Source of the DNA: Takakia lepidozioides
Taxonomy: Eukaryota > Plantae > Bryophyta
NCBI GenBank assembly: GCA_030704615.1
Contig: CM060733.1
Coordinates: forward strand, 5,952,001 to 6,016,000
Reading direction: 5' to 3'
Length of the DNA stretch: 64,000 nt
In this document: positions 1 to 13,200 of the stretch, one piece after another
How positions within the stretch are numbered: the stretch's first letter is position 1
Layout of the letters: each line of letters begins with the position of its first letter
Translations under genes and position numbers: made by a program
Notes under the pieces: generated by a model
Database searches by the model: none
What the model was told of the DNA's origin: nothing
Seen by the model: only the letters and a program-made list of their open reading frames with translations

Positions 1-104
1 GCAATGTCGAAAGACTACATAATACATCCTCCCTGAATTTGCAACACAATCTGCTGTAAGCAGGCGAGTATCTGCCAAAGAATCTTACATGGAGATGGAA
101 ATAC

Positions 105-1711
105 CTCAAAATGGTGCCTCCATTTCCAGACTACAGCATCCCCCACTATGGTGACAACAGAGCTGATCATCATTTCTCGTTTTGCAACATCAGCAAACAA
201 GTGTTTGAGGTGGTTTGTCATTTCCAGACCATCCAGCTTGGCCGGCAAGTCCAGAACCTTTTCACTTTTGGCTGCCTGACTTCCTGCCTCTACCTAGCCA
301 ACCATCCTGGATATATTATTGAAAGACTCCACATTGCAACCCTTTCACAGTCTGTCATATGTAATTTCCAGCAGAACATCCCTTGCCCCGACACGCAACA
401 TTCCACTCCACCTTCTCACCCTTGCAAAACCCAAGCAGTAAACTTATAACATGGATGGTGGCGCAGAGCGCTCAGAGGTAGGACAATGTACACAGTAAGC
501 CTGCCAATCTATGAATCCTCCAACACCATATTGAACAGGATGCATTGTGGTTGCAATAGTTTTAGAACTTCTTGTGGGAATTTCTTGAACAATGGCACAG
601 ATCCAGAAATTATCCTAGGCTTATATGTGAGTGAGGATGACACACTAGAACAGAAAAGGTGGGCATTGAGAGTGTATGGATGATGCTTAGCACATGTGCT
701 CAGATCCTTGTCGCCCAATCATTTCAGTTACCTTGTCAGAAATAGCTCAAACTACATCACACAGGACCCTTGCCTGTGAAATAATTTGTTTGTTAATGTC
801 TTCTATACCCTTGTCTTTGGTCAACTTATGTATGCCAGTCCTAGGTCCCTTTCCTGCAGGTTTCTCTGGGCTGTCTTATCTTTCTGTGTTATGAATTCCC
901 ACTTTCAGTTGGAGCAGTCGGATTATACTTCTCTGCATGCATCCACAACCCAACAACAGGGATGAACATCATGTCACGCCTGATGGGGGGTTGTTAATGT
1001 GTAATTTCGGAATGTGCAACCATGGAAATTCAATCTGCAACCAGCACAGCTACAATGCTCTGAGCAATCTGAAATTAAGATGAACTCTAGGCTCTTGGAT
1101 CGAACACTAAGGTCATAAGCTCTGAGGTGAGTGGAGCTAAAAAAGTGGGCTGATTACAAATTCGTTATGTAGAAGCCCTCCCTTGCTTGCTGAACTGTTC
1201 GGGAGAGTTCAGCCAGCCTCCTTTTATTCTCTCGAATAGAGCATGGCCACTTGAATTGAACTGGAATCCGAGCAAACAAGGCTAAGGGTGCTGCTGATCT
1301 GCCGTGCTTTAGTCAGCACCATTCACATACCATCAAACAGGGCGCAACCCTTAACGGAAAATGGTAAGAAAATCCCACCTTAGCTTGCCCGAGAAGGTCA
1401 CCTTGGTAGTAGATGTCCATGATGGTGCTCGTGTACTGGATAGGCGCCACATTAGGGTTGGTGACTTTTATCGATAGAGTTAGGGCCACGTCCACCACAG
1501 CTATTAGCAAGGGGGAATCTGTGCAGAAGCGCAGGTTGAAGCCACTCACATTTATGCCCATCACCTCGAAAATGGGGTCCCGTGGCCTGATTGCAAACAA
1601 TCCCGCCCCTGCACTCCCCAACCCCGCCACTGCCGCAATAACTACCATCGCCATGACGCTCTTTTTTTTCCGCTTTCCGGTGTCTTGGTCTCTTTTTTCA
1701 TTCTCTGGCAT
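105..1711 (-). CDS. LEA_2 (late embryogenesis abundant, NDR1/HIN1-like) protein; 3'-partial, last exon lies outside the window
   Basis: Exon 1 1711-1379: basic patch, TM helix, RPRDP, NPNVAPIQY...IYYQGDLLGQAK|gt. Exon 2 293-105: ag|VEAGSQ...LPAKLDGLE...FADVAKREM...WRHHFE|gt. Phases match. Confidence 0.85.
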
Positions 1712-3196
1712 ATCACAACTCTTCCTCTAACCTCTCTCTCTATTTCACTTGTTTTCAGCCCCGAAACTTCTTTTTAAGCGATCAGAGAAAACAGAACTCC
1801 AGTACCATTATGGGAGCCAAGAATAAGCACGAAATGTGTTTGAAAAAGGAAGGCGAAGGAGAAATAGTGCAGAGCTCAGCGTGTGCGCAGCAAGAGCTCG
1901 CCAGTCCACTGCTCACACCCTCGACGAGTACGCCCTACTTTACCTAATGCCTCTGATGTCTAAAGCCTTAACTGAATTGTAAATTGTAGTCCTCTCCAGT
2001 GGAACATAAACATCGGCTCTCTTCCTCAGCCCTAAACCTAAGGACTGTGTTTGAGCGCCGGGCAAGCGATTCCTTCTCATATTCCTGCCCACTTCAGATT
2101 CACGGTGTTGGACAAGGATCAAATGAGCAACTCTGATCTTCCAACCGATCTCCATTCATCAGCTCCAGCGATCGACCTCGGCCATCTCCTGCATTCACAA
2201 ACGTGACGGGTTTGAATTTTGAGCGTGGTGGACTTTATTTGAAGTACGAGAAATTTTGATATTTTTGTAAATCTGATGGAAGTGAAACACATTTCAGCCC
2301 TGATTAGATCTCATACACAGTGTAAACTTAGGACGTGCCCCACGAGTTCCAAGGTTAGATGACAAGAAGAAGGAAGCTCAACGGGTTGGCCACTCGACGT
2401 CTCCACTACTCTTCTTCATTCAGGAGTCGGATTTGCTGGACAGAGCTATGCATGTGGGGGCGCAGGTTTTCACGAAGCTGAATAATGAGACAAATGTCCA
2501 TTGAACTGAGAACGGCACCATTGTACGCGGCACCATGACAGGTCCTTTTGCCCAATTCCAATTATTCCTGTTGCTGTGTAGATAATGAGGAGTTGTTTCT
2601 TTCTTGCCTGGTGAAATAGACTTCAGAGGAGGGATGGAGGAGGGATTCATTACCATAAACCCTAAAGCCACAGGAAGATATTTGTCAATACTGCTAGTCG
2701 GCTAAGGAGGGGTTGGCATGAGGAGATCGCCTTGGTCAATACCGGTGCTTTGATATCCTAAAGAGACAAATCTTATAGGCATCTAACAGCTGAGCTGACC
2801 AAGGAAAGATATCAGACCTGACAGCTTACCCTTCTGCACCTCGGCAAGTCCATCACAGGAACTGTGTGTAAGACCACCATGCTGTCAGCTTGGCCCTTTG
2901 CAAATTAGATTGAGGCCCACGGCAGCAAAGCAACACGCCAGTAACAAAGACTGCCTCAATTTTCTCAGACAGGATCATCCCTTGCAGGACTGGAAATCAA
3001 TACTGAACACTGAAGCTGTGGAACCCTAGCATTCTGCTTTATCCCTTATCTTTATGTTTATTCTGATTTCATCAATTAAAAATATAGATAAAATAAATTA
3101 TAATATAATATTTTTCACTTATTGTAATAAAATTCTTCGACTTTTGGCCACTTCGTTCTTTAGAAAACACATTCCATATTAAAAGTAATTACCAAC

Positions 3197-3413
3197 AGTC
3201 AGTAGCTCAGTTAGTTAGTGCACTGAGTGCTACCCAGACGATTCTGGGGTCAAATCCTGCTATTTGACGGGTGTGGTATACTCTTCTCCCCCTTCCCTGG
3301 GTGGCGTCCCATTTCTCAGCCTTCATGGCGCGGTTACTGTTATTTTCTCCTCTCACTATCAAGGGCCCTGATTTGTGAGCTGTCAGGTGTGTTTCCCTTA
3401 AAAAAAATAAAAA
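3197..3413 (+). mobile_element. tRNA-derived SINE-like element (family A)
   Basis: Box A-like TAGCTCAGTTAG 3203-3214, box B-like GGGTCAAATCC 3247-3257 and an A-rich tail at 3399-3413. The body is similar to copies at ~52255-52420(-), ~52700-52900(-) and ~47370-47410(+). Confidence 0.7.
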
Positions 3414-3853
3414 TCCCCTGTTCTCTAAAAAACAAAAAAGCAAATCAAAACAAATAAATAAATAAATTTGTAAAAAGAAAAACCCACAATGGGATAAAGA
3501 ATAGGCCAATAGGATGGCACCATTTTGCAGCGTGCCTTATCTATCCGGTCACCTGATGGCGCCGGTCGCCCCAGCAGTTCACGGCACGTGTCCTAGAGGG
3601 ACGGACAGGAAACGCTCACGGAGATGAGCATGGATGGATGTCTCGCGAGACGAGTGCGTAGGCGAGAGAGAGACGAAGTGATTTGTGGAGGTTTGAGGAA
3701 GAGGGAATTTCTGGGACCGTAGTGTGGCGATCCCAGTTGCGAGAAGAGAAGGTGGAGGTACTGACGGTGTGGGGCAGGGGAGTGGGTGAGCTTGCGACGG
3801 GAAGCTGGGCAGCCATGGGGAGTGTGTAAGTGCTTGTGCTGGGCCTGGGCCTT

Positions 3854-6489
3854 ATGGCCGTCCCGTGCTCTTGTGTCAGCGGAGTGCTTCCACACTGCTT
3901 GCCATCGTGCCGCCTGATCCCGGCAGGAGGTCCATTGCTACGCTCTTCGCCCCTCAAGTTGCTTGGGTCCTGTCTCGATGATCGGCTGCTGGTGCGCGCC
4001 AATCACAATGCCCACCATGGCTCCAGTGAATCTCATTGTCGGCGAGAGCTCTTGATTCTGGGTGGAGGTACTGCTGCCCTTGCGGTATGGCCAGCTAATG
4101 CAGTAGAGGTATGTTTCGGTAAATTTTGTTCAGCTTTGGCCGTGGCATTTGAAATTGGGTCGAGTATAGTGTGCTGAGTTTGGCACAGGGGACAAGCTCG
4201 TCGCGAGAGCTCAAATGAATCCTGCAATGGTTGCATAAGTCACTTTGAAGATCTTGGTGATAGAAATTGAGGTGCTAAATGTGCATCTCTGTGGCATTAC
4301 CTGAATGTATCGCTTGACTTTGAGACAATGAGCGGAGATTCAGCTCATTGGAGGAAGGAGCAGGATGGGTAGGGAATGCCCCATCAAAATTACAGAGGGC
4401 TTAGAGGTTGCCAACAACACATATTTAATTGCGATCTTTCAGAGTATGTTTCGAGTTAATTCTGTATTTTCAGTTGCAACAGACATGAGGAGGGAGAATG
4501 GATGCTTGGTAGTCGTGGCCGGAGAATTATTAACACTTTAAAGCTCAATTTTGATGCCTCCAACTATACTTACGACTTTAGATATCACTGCAACAAGATC
4601 CAGCCAAGAAGAGAGGTGGATAGTCTGACATATATCTCAAGCTCAGGAAGGCAGTGGAAACCAGGATCTCACCTGAACCCCTCAAACTCCGAAGATCCCA
4701 GAGACACAGCCAGAAAGTGGAAAGAAACAGAAAATCCTCTGATTCCCATCAAACTTCAAGACTTGTACGTTTTGAGACCTTATGTCAGCAGAGTCGTTCA
4801 CATCTTTAAAAGTCGAGGTTATTTTCACTTTTTTACCAGGTACCAGACAAGGTAGTTGCGCCAGTGGCTGCAGACACAACAATTACTGATCGGATTTATC
4901 TTGATCTGTCAGTATGTCCAAGCCTGGCCAGGACTGATCGAACTTTGGGAAATATGTCAGTCATTTGCACAGAGGGGGAGCCTTTGGGCCGCATTGTAAT
5001 TGGCCTGTATGGCAAGCAGGTCAGTACTTGTTCATTCATACACCCGTCTTGTTAAGCTGGCCTTTGGAAAGAAACAACCAACTTGGTTATGTTGATATAG
5101 CAGGGAAGATTTCAATCATGCAAGGATGCCAATATCTCCAATATAGAGGTGAAACACAATTCACCTCAGTAGGGAGCCTGGAGTATTGCAAGCAAGTTGA
5201 CTGGAGTGGGGAAGAAAATGAGGTGTTGGTCAAATTGCATACAAATGTCAGTAGGGAGGTTTGCCATACATAGGGAAAGGTTTAAATGATGTTCTGGCTA
5301 TGATGATATTGTTCCATCCATCAATTTCCAATCTAGACTTTCTGGTATCTCATTCAACACCCTACCCCTCTGGCATATACAACCGGCCCTCTACAGTAGG
5401 TTTTGAGTTGTCCTGAGTTTGGAATGGTTATATAGATAGTAACAAGTTTTCACTGGAACAATTTAATGTGAGTTCAGGTCCCACAGACAGTGAGCAATTT
5501 CAAGGCTATGTGTATGGGAAAAGCCGGGTCCTCCTATGAGGGTACCATTTTTCACCGGGTGCTCCAAGGTCAGTACATTCAGGCTGGCCGGCAGGGCTCA
5601 AGAGAGAAAGGAGAAGTGGCAGCTCCCACTAGCTTGGAGAGAAACCAGGAAACCATTCGTCCGGATTCTTTCAAGTTGAGCCATGGAAGGCCTGGGACAG
5701 TGTCGCTTGCTCTATCTGAAAATGACGATGACGAGGCACTGAAGCTGGGTGGAGACTACCGCAATGTGGAGTTTTTGATCACTACAGGTCTGTTTCTTCC
5801 AAATTCGAGTTTTTGCTGGGTGACAGAACACACAGTCTTTTAGAAAAGTGGGCCATGTCCTATATGCCTTTACATAATAACTCCTTGCATTTACTTGCAG
5901 GTCCTGGACCAGCACCTCAACTGGATAATGGGAACATTGTGTTTGGCACCGTTCTTGAAGGTGCAGTGCCTCTCTCCTTCCAATGTAGCGTCCTTGGTGA
6001 TATTAGAGAAGTTAGATGAGAGCCAAATTAGAAATGGTGGTAAGCGGTGCTTACACTGGGGCAGGGATGTGTGGAATGTGGATGGTGCCAAATTGCTGAC
6101 TCTCTAGGATGAGAACATCAATTCATTGTTGAAACATTTGGTACATGGGCTCCTGAAGTAGGCAACCCAAGCCCCACCTGTCCCAGAGGATACTGCACCT
6201 TGTAGATTCAAATATGATGGCTACCTCAATGATGATCCTGCTGGTCCGTTTTCTTGATGGGGGTCTATTGTGGGGGATAGGCATGGATGTGGTGGCGGCT
6301 ATATCAACTGTGCCCACGTACAAACCAAGTGAGCGGATCCGTCAGTTCAATGATATTGCTGAGTTCTTGGGGGATGACCGGGCTGCCAATGCACGCAGCC
6401 TTTGGAACAGGCCACTGAAAGCTGTTGTGATCAAAAGCTGTGGTGTTTTGAATGTTGCAAGAACAGGCCTTCCCCCGAGTCTCCCATGA
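3854..6489 (+). CDS. CYP28: Peptidyl-prolyl cis-trans isomerase CYP28-like, chloroplast thylakoid lumen (337 aa)
   Basis: Exons 3854-4108, 4840-5019, 5478-5787, 5901-5960, 6281-6489 (1014 nt, all GT-AG). Bipartite transit peptide with RRELL and ANA cleavage site. Motifs ITDRIYLD, LGRIVIGLYG, SENDDDE, YRNVEFLITTGPGPAPQLDNGNIVFGTVLEG, WNRPLK. Confidence 0.93.
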
Positions 6490-7779
6490 GCTTATTAGTT
6501 GTGGTTAGAAAGTTTTGGCTCCTCTCCTGTTCATTCTTTTGGATGTTTTTCTGGGAGTTTCAAAGTTGCATGAACTGCTCTCCCTCCTAGTTATCCCCAA
6601 GCGCATATTGGCTGTAGTCAGAAAGTTTGGGCTCATCATGTTTTAATTCGTCTCAATGTCTTTTTTGGAGATTCCTCTCCATGGAAGGCATATGTCTACA
6701 TATGATTGAGATCCGCATGTGAAACTCCTCTGTGCACAATGTTTTGCATTTGAATCTCTCAAAGAAAAACTGAAGTGGTAACTCCATCATGGAAGGAGTA
6801 GCCCGAGCTTGTTGTGGACCATACATAAGCCCAAGAGACATCAGTTTGCCCCGCCAGATCATCCTGTCTGCAAGAAGCTTGTTTTCGCAGGTGAATGGCA
6901 GACAAGTTTGGCAACCAGAAAGGCTCGATTCACTATATGGTTCATATCATTGAGGAGATGAGTATCATGCCAATGAGCCATTCCTCCCTTTGTGAAACAC
7001 AAGTCCCCACCTGCTTCCTCTCTTTCAGTAACATGTAAACGACCCATGGTTCTCCTCAGCTGAAAAACAAGTTGTCGATGCGACTACCTTGCATAGCAGG
7101 AAAAGTTAACTAGATAAAAATCGACCTGTCTTGCCAAAGACAACAATCTTTGGCTGCAGGATACTGAAGTTCCAACGCTTTCTATCAATTCTGAGTCAAT
7201 CTGGTCAATCACTTGCCAATGACTGGTCAATACTCCTGATTGAGAGCCATTACTGCATTGTCGTTCATGATAGTCTTTATATTTGCAGACTGTCTGCAGT
7301 ATCCAATCCATGCATTGGGGTAGAAGATGACAAGAAAACTGTGCGCCCATGTATTGAGGTTCAGTGAGTTATCTTCAAGGGATGGTGGCAACTTAATACA
7401 AAGGCCTGAAAGTTTTTAAGACTTCTGCAGAAACGATCCTTTCGTTACTTCTGAGTTTGCTGATTTTGTGAGTTCTTCAGGTGATCTGTGATTGTTGTTC
7501 TTGTTCATGGTAGATTATGCACGTCCGCACAAAATTCCACGGGTGCCGGGCTCAAGGTACTCTTTTCCAAAGGGAAGGCTGTGAATTTTCAAATCTGCCA
7601 TCATTCATGGGGCATAGGAGTGGGCATAATCGGGAGCCTTGAGACGGCCACCATCACTCCTTCCCAGTCAGTCCTGGTGCTAGAGATTTCCTTGCTTGGA
7701 GTATCTTGAAACACCTCGTCTTGACCAACCACCATTGCTTCTAATGGAGGTCGCAGACGATAATCAGGGTGGGAGGAGA

Positions 7780-8730
7780 GCAGCAATGACACTGCAGCAC
7801 ATCGTGCAAGTAGGGACGAGTGGGGGAGGCAAATGCATACATTGGATTCACGGAGCAACAAGGCTTTGGGGCATATTCCTTTACATGTGCCCGTCTGTGA
7901 CAGACAGGGTCTCTTTCATCAGCATTCTCAACGCATGTGCTAGCACAGCACCTCTGGAACAGGGCAAGCAGCTCCATGCCGGCATTATCAATGCGGATGT
8001 TCATTAAACATGCCCTTGTCAGCATGGACTGCAAGTGCGGGAGTTTGGTGGACGCAAGCCAATGTTTTGAAAAAATGCTCAAACCGGAATCTCATCACAT
8101 GGAATGAGATGATTTCAGGCTTAGCTCGGCAACGTTGCGGGGAAGATGCTTTCGAACATCTACACTGAAACAAGGCATGAAAGCAGATGAGGTCACTTCG
8201 TTAGCTCTGCAGCACTGGAACAAGGAAAAAGGTCCATGCGATAGTTACCATCAAAGCTGGATTTGAGTCAGATGTATTCGTGGGGACTGCCCTTGTCAGC
8301 ATGTATGGCAGAAGTAGGTGCTGCGGATGCGTACCTAGAGTTTGATGAAATGCCGAGATATAATCTCATCGAATGCGATGGTTGCATAATGGGAAGGCAT
8401 TTCAACTCTTTCGGTACATAAGTGCAGCGCAAAGGCTATCGGCTGGATTTGAGTCAGAGAAACTGCATTGTCAGAATGTGTTGCAAGTGGAGTGTGCTGG
8501 ATGCTCGCACGCGTTTGACAAAAAGTCTGAGTGAGATGTGATCTGCTGGAGTGCGATGATTGCAGCATCTGCTCAGCAAAAGCATGTTCTAAAGGCTTTT
8601 GACCTCCTTCTGCAGCAGCATGATGACAGACAAGGTCGCAGATCACATCCCAAAACAGAGGAAATCAATGCTGAGTTGGAAAGCCTAACGAGGCAGATGC
8701 TGCAGGCAGGATTTGTGCCAGACTTGCCGT
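7780..8730 (+). pseudogene. PLS-class PPR (E+/DYW-type) pseudogene fragment
   Basis: Frameshifted, stop-interrupted PPR motifs (DRVSFISILNACAS..LEQGKQLHA, CKCGSLVDA, DVFVGTALVSMY, ICWSAMIAA). An E+ remnant SHPKTEEINAELESLTRQMLQAGFVPD is truncated by a simple repeat and a SINE. Confidence 0.8.
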
Positions 8731-8774
8731 TTGTCTCTGTCTCTGTCTCTCGTCTCTCTCGCTCGCTTGTATGC

Positions 8775-8870
8775 AAGTGTAAACTGCAAACCCCACCGAG
8801 GTAGGAAGGAATTGAACCCACGACCGCCTGGGTGCACTGAATGACACTTACAACTGGTCTACCGTCTGTC
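8775..8870 (-). mobile_element. tRNA-like SINE head truncating the PPR pseudogene
   Basis: The reverse complement reads GGTAGACCAGTTG (box A-like)...CACCCAGGCGGTCGTGGGTTCAATTCC (box B), followed by a (GAGACA/GA)n-type simple repeat. Confidence 0.5.
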
Positions 8871-10263
8871 GTTGGATCAATGGATGGATGAACTCGATGA
8901 AGGTCGTGCTGGCAACTTTCATCTATGAGGGTTGGTCATGGTAGTCTGCAAAGGATGGTTGTTCTCGTGCAATAAAGAAATAAAAGTTATATAAAGAAGA
9001 GAAAAGAAAATGGGGTTATTACTTATTACAGCCTAGTCACTGCTTTCTTTAATAGGGCCCTTCGTGTCTGATATTAACGTTCACGATCGTACCACCGTAG
9101 CCGCCCGATTCCTTTTTGATAGGATCTGGGCCGTTGGAAGTGAAAGATGATCTATTTGGGGTAAATTATTTGTGCAGCGTGGTGTTCTCGAGGGAGACGG
9201 CTATGGCGGGGACGTCTTCCAGGAGCCTTCTTTGTCGGAGCTTTCAACTGTGGACTCTTTCGGTTAGCACACGGCAGATCGGTTGGTGGTGCTCCTCATG
9301 AGACTTGGTTTCCGTGCGACCATGGACTTTTAGGAGGTGAGTTGTGCTTCTTGCTCGGTTTGGTTTTTTTCTTCCTGCGTGTTCGTATGCTTCCGTGTTG
9401 GTGCTTGTATCGGCACTAGAGTGTATGTCACGGTCTCTTAGACGCTATCGGATGGTGTATAGCTTATTTGGGATTGCACTGGACTCGATCTTTCCTATCG
9501 GATGCGCTTTTGGCGCCTTGCCAAACTTTGGTCGGTGCAAGGACTCCTAATCGGCAGGAAGTCGAAAAACGCAGTCGGTTCGTCCGTTCTGCACTGAGTA
9601 CTCGTTTCTCTTCCTGGTGAAAAGGCTCGTAACTGGGCTGTTGGAGGCGCATAGTTGTCGACAGCCAGGGATGCTGATTGTCTTGTGGTGAAATATATTC
9701 TCAGTGTAAGCTCTGCCATCACTGAATCCTGAAGACGAACTGATATTCAAGGTTTTTAGGCTTTTCAGGGTGGCCTATAGGGCATATTGAATCCTTTCAC
9801 ATCTCCCTGCCTGTCTTTGCCTGGTGTTCTATTGCACGTGCTTTGGGTTGAGAGATGTTATCTAGGGGAGGATTACAGCTTGTGGTAAGGATTTAGCTTA
9901 GCACCACAGGGAACATTTGCGGCCAGCTGTTATGGTCCTGTCGTGTTGTCTACTTGTGGTCTGGTGCATATATTGGGCCTTCTATTGAAGCATTTTATGA
10001 TTGATTTAGATTTGCTACTGGGCGTTGGTGCTTTGGCTTATGTGGGAGCCTGTTAAAGGAGTCAGACTGGGGATGCCTTCAGCAAGCCATTTACTTACCT
10101 CACACTCGTATCCTCAAGTGGTCAGATCAATTTCTGAAGTTTTGCAACTGTTCATATGTACAGCTTTGATTCGACTGAATCGGATAATGGTCTGCACACA
10201 GAAGATGGAGAGGAGTTGAAAGGTGGGGGAGAACCAGCAAGCAGTGCTCATTCAAGTAAGGCA

Positions 10264-13200
10264 ATGGGTTTTTGTTGCTGTTTCCAGGAGGATAAGCTTC
10301 AGAAGGCATCAGACGATGCACATGGGTATGCAAATGGAAATACAGTCCCCGGTATGCCTAATTCCGCTGTTTACCTACACGGCTAAGCATTGTCTCTGTT
10401 TTAAAAAGAAACTTGAAGCTAGTAATATCTCAGGCAAACTGATGGACTCGCCCGTCTCACTCAAAGCTGTAACTTGTGGCCAGATGACCGACTTCCAAGA
10501 CCTTTGAATTGACAGCCAACTTGTGTTCACATTCAAAGTCTTGTTGAGCCTGATTTCGAGGACCATATAGATTACTGATAATGGGAAAGAATCGAAGTTA
10601 GAGAATTATTTGCGCTCTACACTTCGGCTGGACTTTCTAATTAGACATTTAGACCTGAACATAAGGTGGGTTATGTGACTGAATTTGCTGTTGCACAAAC
10701 AGTTGCCATTCAAATGCCTGATTGGGTGCTCTGCTATGTGACACATGTTTCATCCTAAGTGGCAACAGTTAACTTGCAGCTGACAAGGTCTGATGAAGAT
10801 CCTCAATGCTATTGGACTCCTTGTCTAGACTGACTCAGGAGGGAAGGCTTCAGTAACTCGCAAATAGGTTAATGAACCAGTTGCACCTTGGATAGCAGTT
10901 CCTGGTTATATGTGAGTACCTCAACTATCCAAATCAGATTCAAGAGTGTAAAACCATTCCAGGTTGCAAAAATGACTTCAACGTGAGGTTGGATGGATTT
11001 CGTGCAGGAAATCCAGGAAATCTGAGGGTATCAGACACTACAGTAAAGACTGGTCATACAGCCAAGTTGCAACCAATTGCAGCACCACTAATATCCATTG
11101 AGGAGCTTAGGGAATCGACAGATAACTTCGGGCCAAAGGCGCTGATTGGTGAAGGTTCATATGGTAGGGTTTACCTTGCAAGATTACAAGATCATGTGGC
11201 TGCAATCAAGAAGTTGGATGCGAGCACTCAGCCAGATAATGAGTTCCTATCACAGGCATGAATTCTCTCACTTGCTTTCCAATGTGGTTCAATGATTATT
11301 CAAAGGCTTATGGCTATTCTGCCATCTGTGCCTTTGCAGGTCGCATTTGAACTTCTGATATGCAGATGTATACTTTCCTGAATCTGGAAGGGCTATCTAA
11401 CAACATATTTGGTGTAAATATGTGAGGAAGGGAAATAGGTGTAGGTAATGTAGGTAATGGTAGGTAATGTTCGTGGCCCTCTCTTAGTGTTGTGATGTAC
11501 AGCTGCTGAAAATCTTCCCTCATGCAGCCTCTCTGGTTTTTTAAGAGGTTTTGTAAAGACAGCTGAAAAACAAATCCATGACCTCTCCTTGAGCTGCCAT
11601 ATTTTTTTGTTTGTGATGTTTCCAGGTGTCAATGGTGTCAAGGCTGAAGCATGAGAACGTGGTAGAGCTGATTGGCTACTGTTTAGATGGGTCTTTGCGT
11701 GTGCTTGCCTATGAGTTTGCTACCATGGGATCTCTTCACGATATTCTACATGGTGAGATAGTCATGCAGTTGGAATATTTTGTAGTCGTTGTAACTGAGA
11801 TTTTGGAAACAAAGAGCATATAAGCTGTGAAGGTAGCAGGCATGCACCATCTCACATGAATTGCATATCACCATTGTAGGGGGCATTTGTTTTGTGAGAT
11901 TGTAATTGGGAAAGATTTTGTGTGAAGAAACCTATGTATTTTCATTCAGGCTCTCTTTTAGTCAGCTGGAAAATAATTGTCATGAATATTGTCGATTATA
12001 GATACGCAAACAGCATGTTCTTACTTTCCTTTCAAGCCTATTAACTGGCCCATTCAGGACATGACCTATTGTCTTTCAATATGAACAGTGGAGTTTGCAA
12101 CACAGGCAGCCTCCTCTCAGGTATGCATAATCTCTCTTGCTTTTCCTCATGACAGCTGGCATAAACGTGTATGTACAGGTAGGAAAGGTGTGAAGGGTGC
12201 ACAGCCTGGGCCTGTGCTCGACTGGATGCAACGTGTGAAAATTGCGGTTGGGGCAGCAAGGGGGCTTGAGTACCTGCACGAGAAGGCTCAGCCAGCCATT
12301 ACTCATCGAGACATCAAGTCCAGCAATGTTTTACTATTTGATGATTACACTTCCAAGATCGCAGATTTCAACCTATCAAATCAGGCCCCAGACATGGCTG
12401 CACGTCTGCACTCCACACGTGTTCTTGGCACTTTTGGTTACCATGCACCTGAGTAAGCTTTCCGTACTTCTATTCTCTTAATCAAACGTTGTCTTTTCCT
12501 AAGCTCAGGTATGTAAACCAGCTCCAGTGCACCAAAGCTCTGTTAAGAAGAATTAAACCAGGGGATGCTGCAGCTTGTCAATAAGGAGAATATTAGTGTT
12601 TTATTTTTATTTTTTGAATTGGAGGAATTCAAGCAAGTTGTTGAAAGTGGATGCTGTTGGGCCATATGGAGCACTATTTCAGTGCCCAAATTTTTACGAA
12701 GATAATCTTGACTACCTTGAAAAGGTAAAGTCCCTGTGCTGGTGGGCATGAATTGTGTTGTTATCTGTATTCAGTGTTCAAGCTGGAATGGAAAAGGGTG
12801 AGTTAAATGTCTTGAAGTTAAGGTGCAGCCTGCAGTGGTAATACATACCCAGTACTATCAAAGTCCAAGCTGGTACTGCATTGACGATCATAGGTTATCT
12901 GAGCAGGCTTCCATTCAATGCAGTTATGGTTGCTTAGACCCTCTAATTTTGGAGAATTCAAGTTTAGGGTCCAAACCCAAACCTTTTAGGTCAAAGTATG
13001 CGGCATCATCACAGTGCTCAAATTTGGGAGGGATGGCCTGGGTTGGTTACCTTGGAAAGATAGATTGTCCTTGGAATGTGGTGGTTAGAAAGCTGCAATA
13101 CGTGAATACTACAGTAATTTTTGGTGTTCAAACTTGTTGTAGCTGTTTGCTAATGTCCGACCTGGAATTTGAAAGGAATAAGCTCAAAGTCTTGCTTTTA

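Noticed and set aside
3200-3265. Possible tRNA gene
   Set aside because: Cloverleaf is incomplete and is followed by a shared body and A tail, so SINE fits better.
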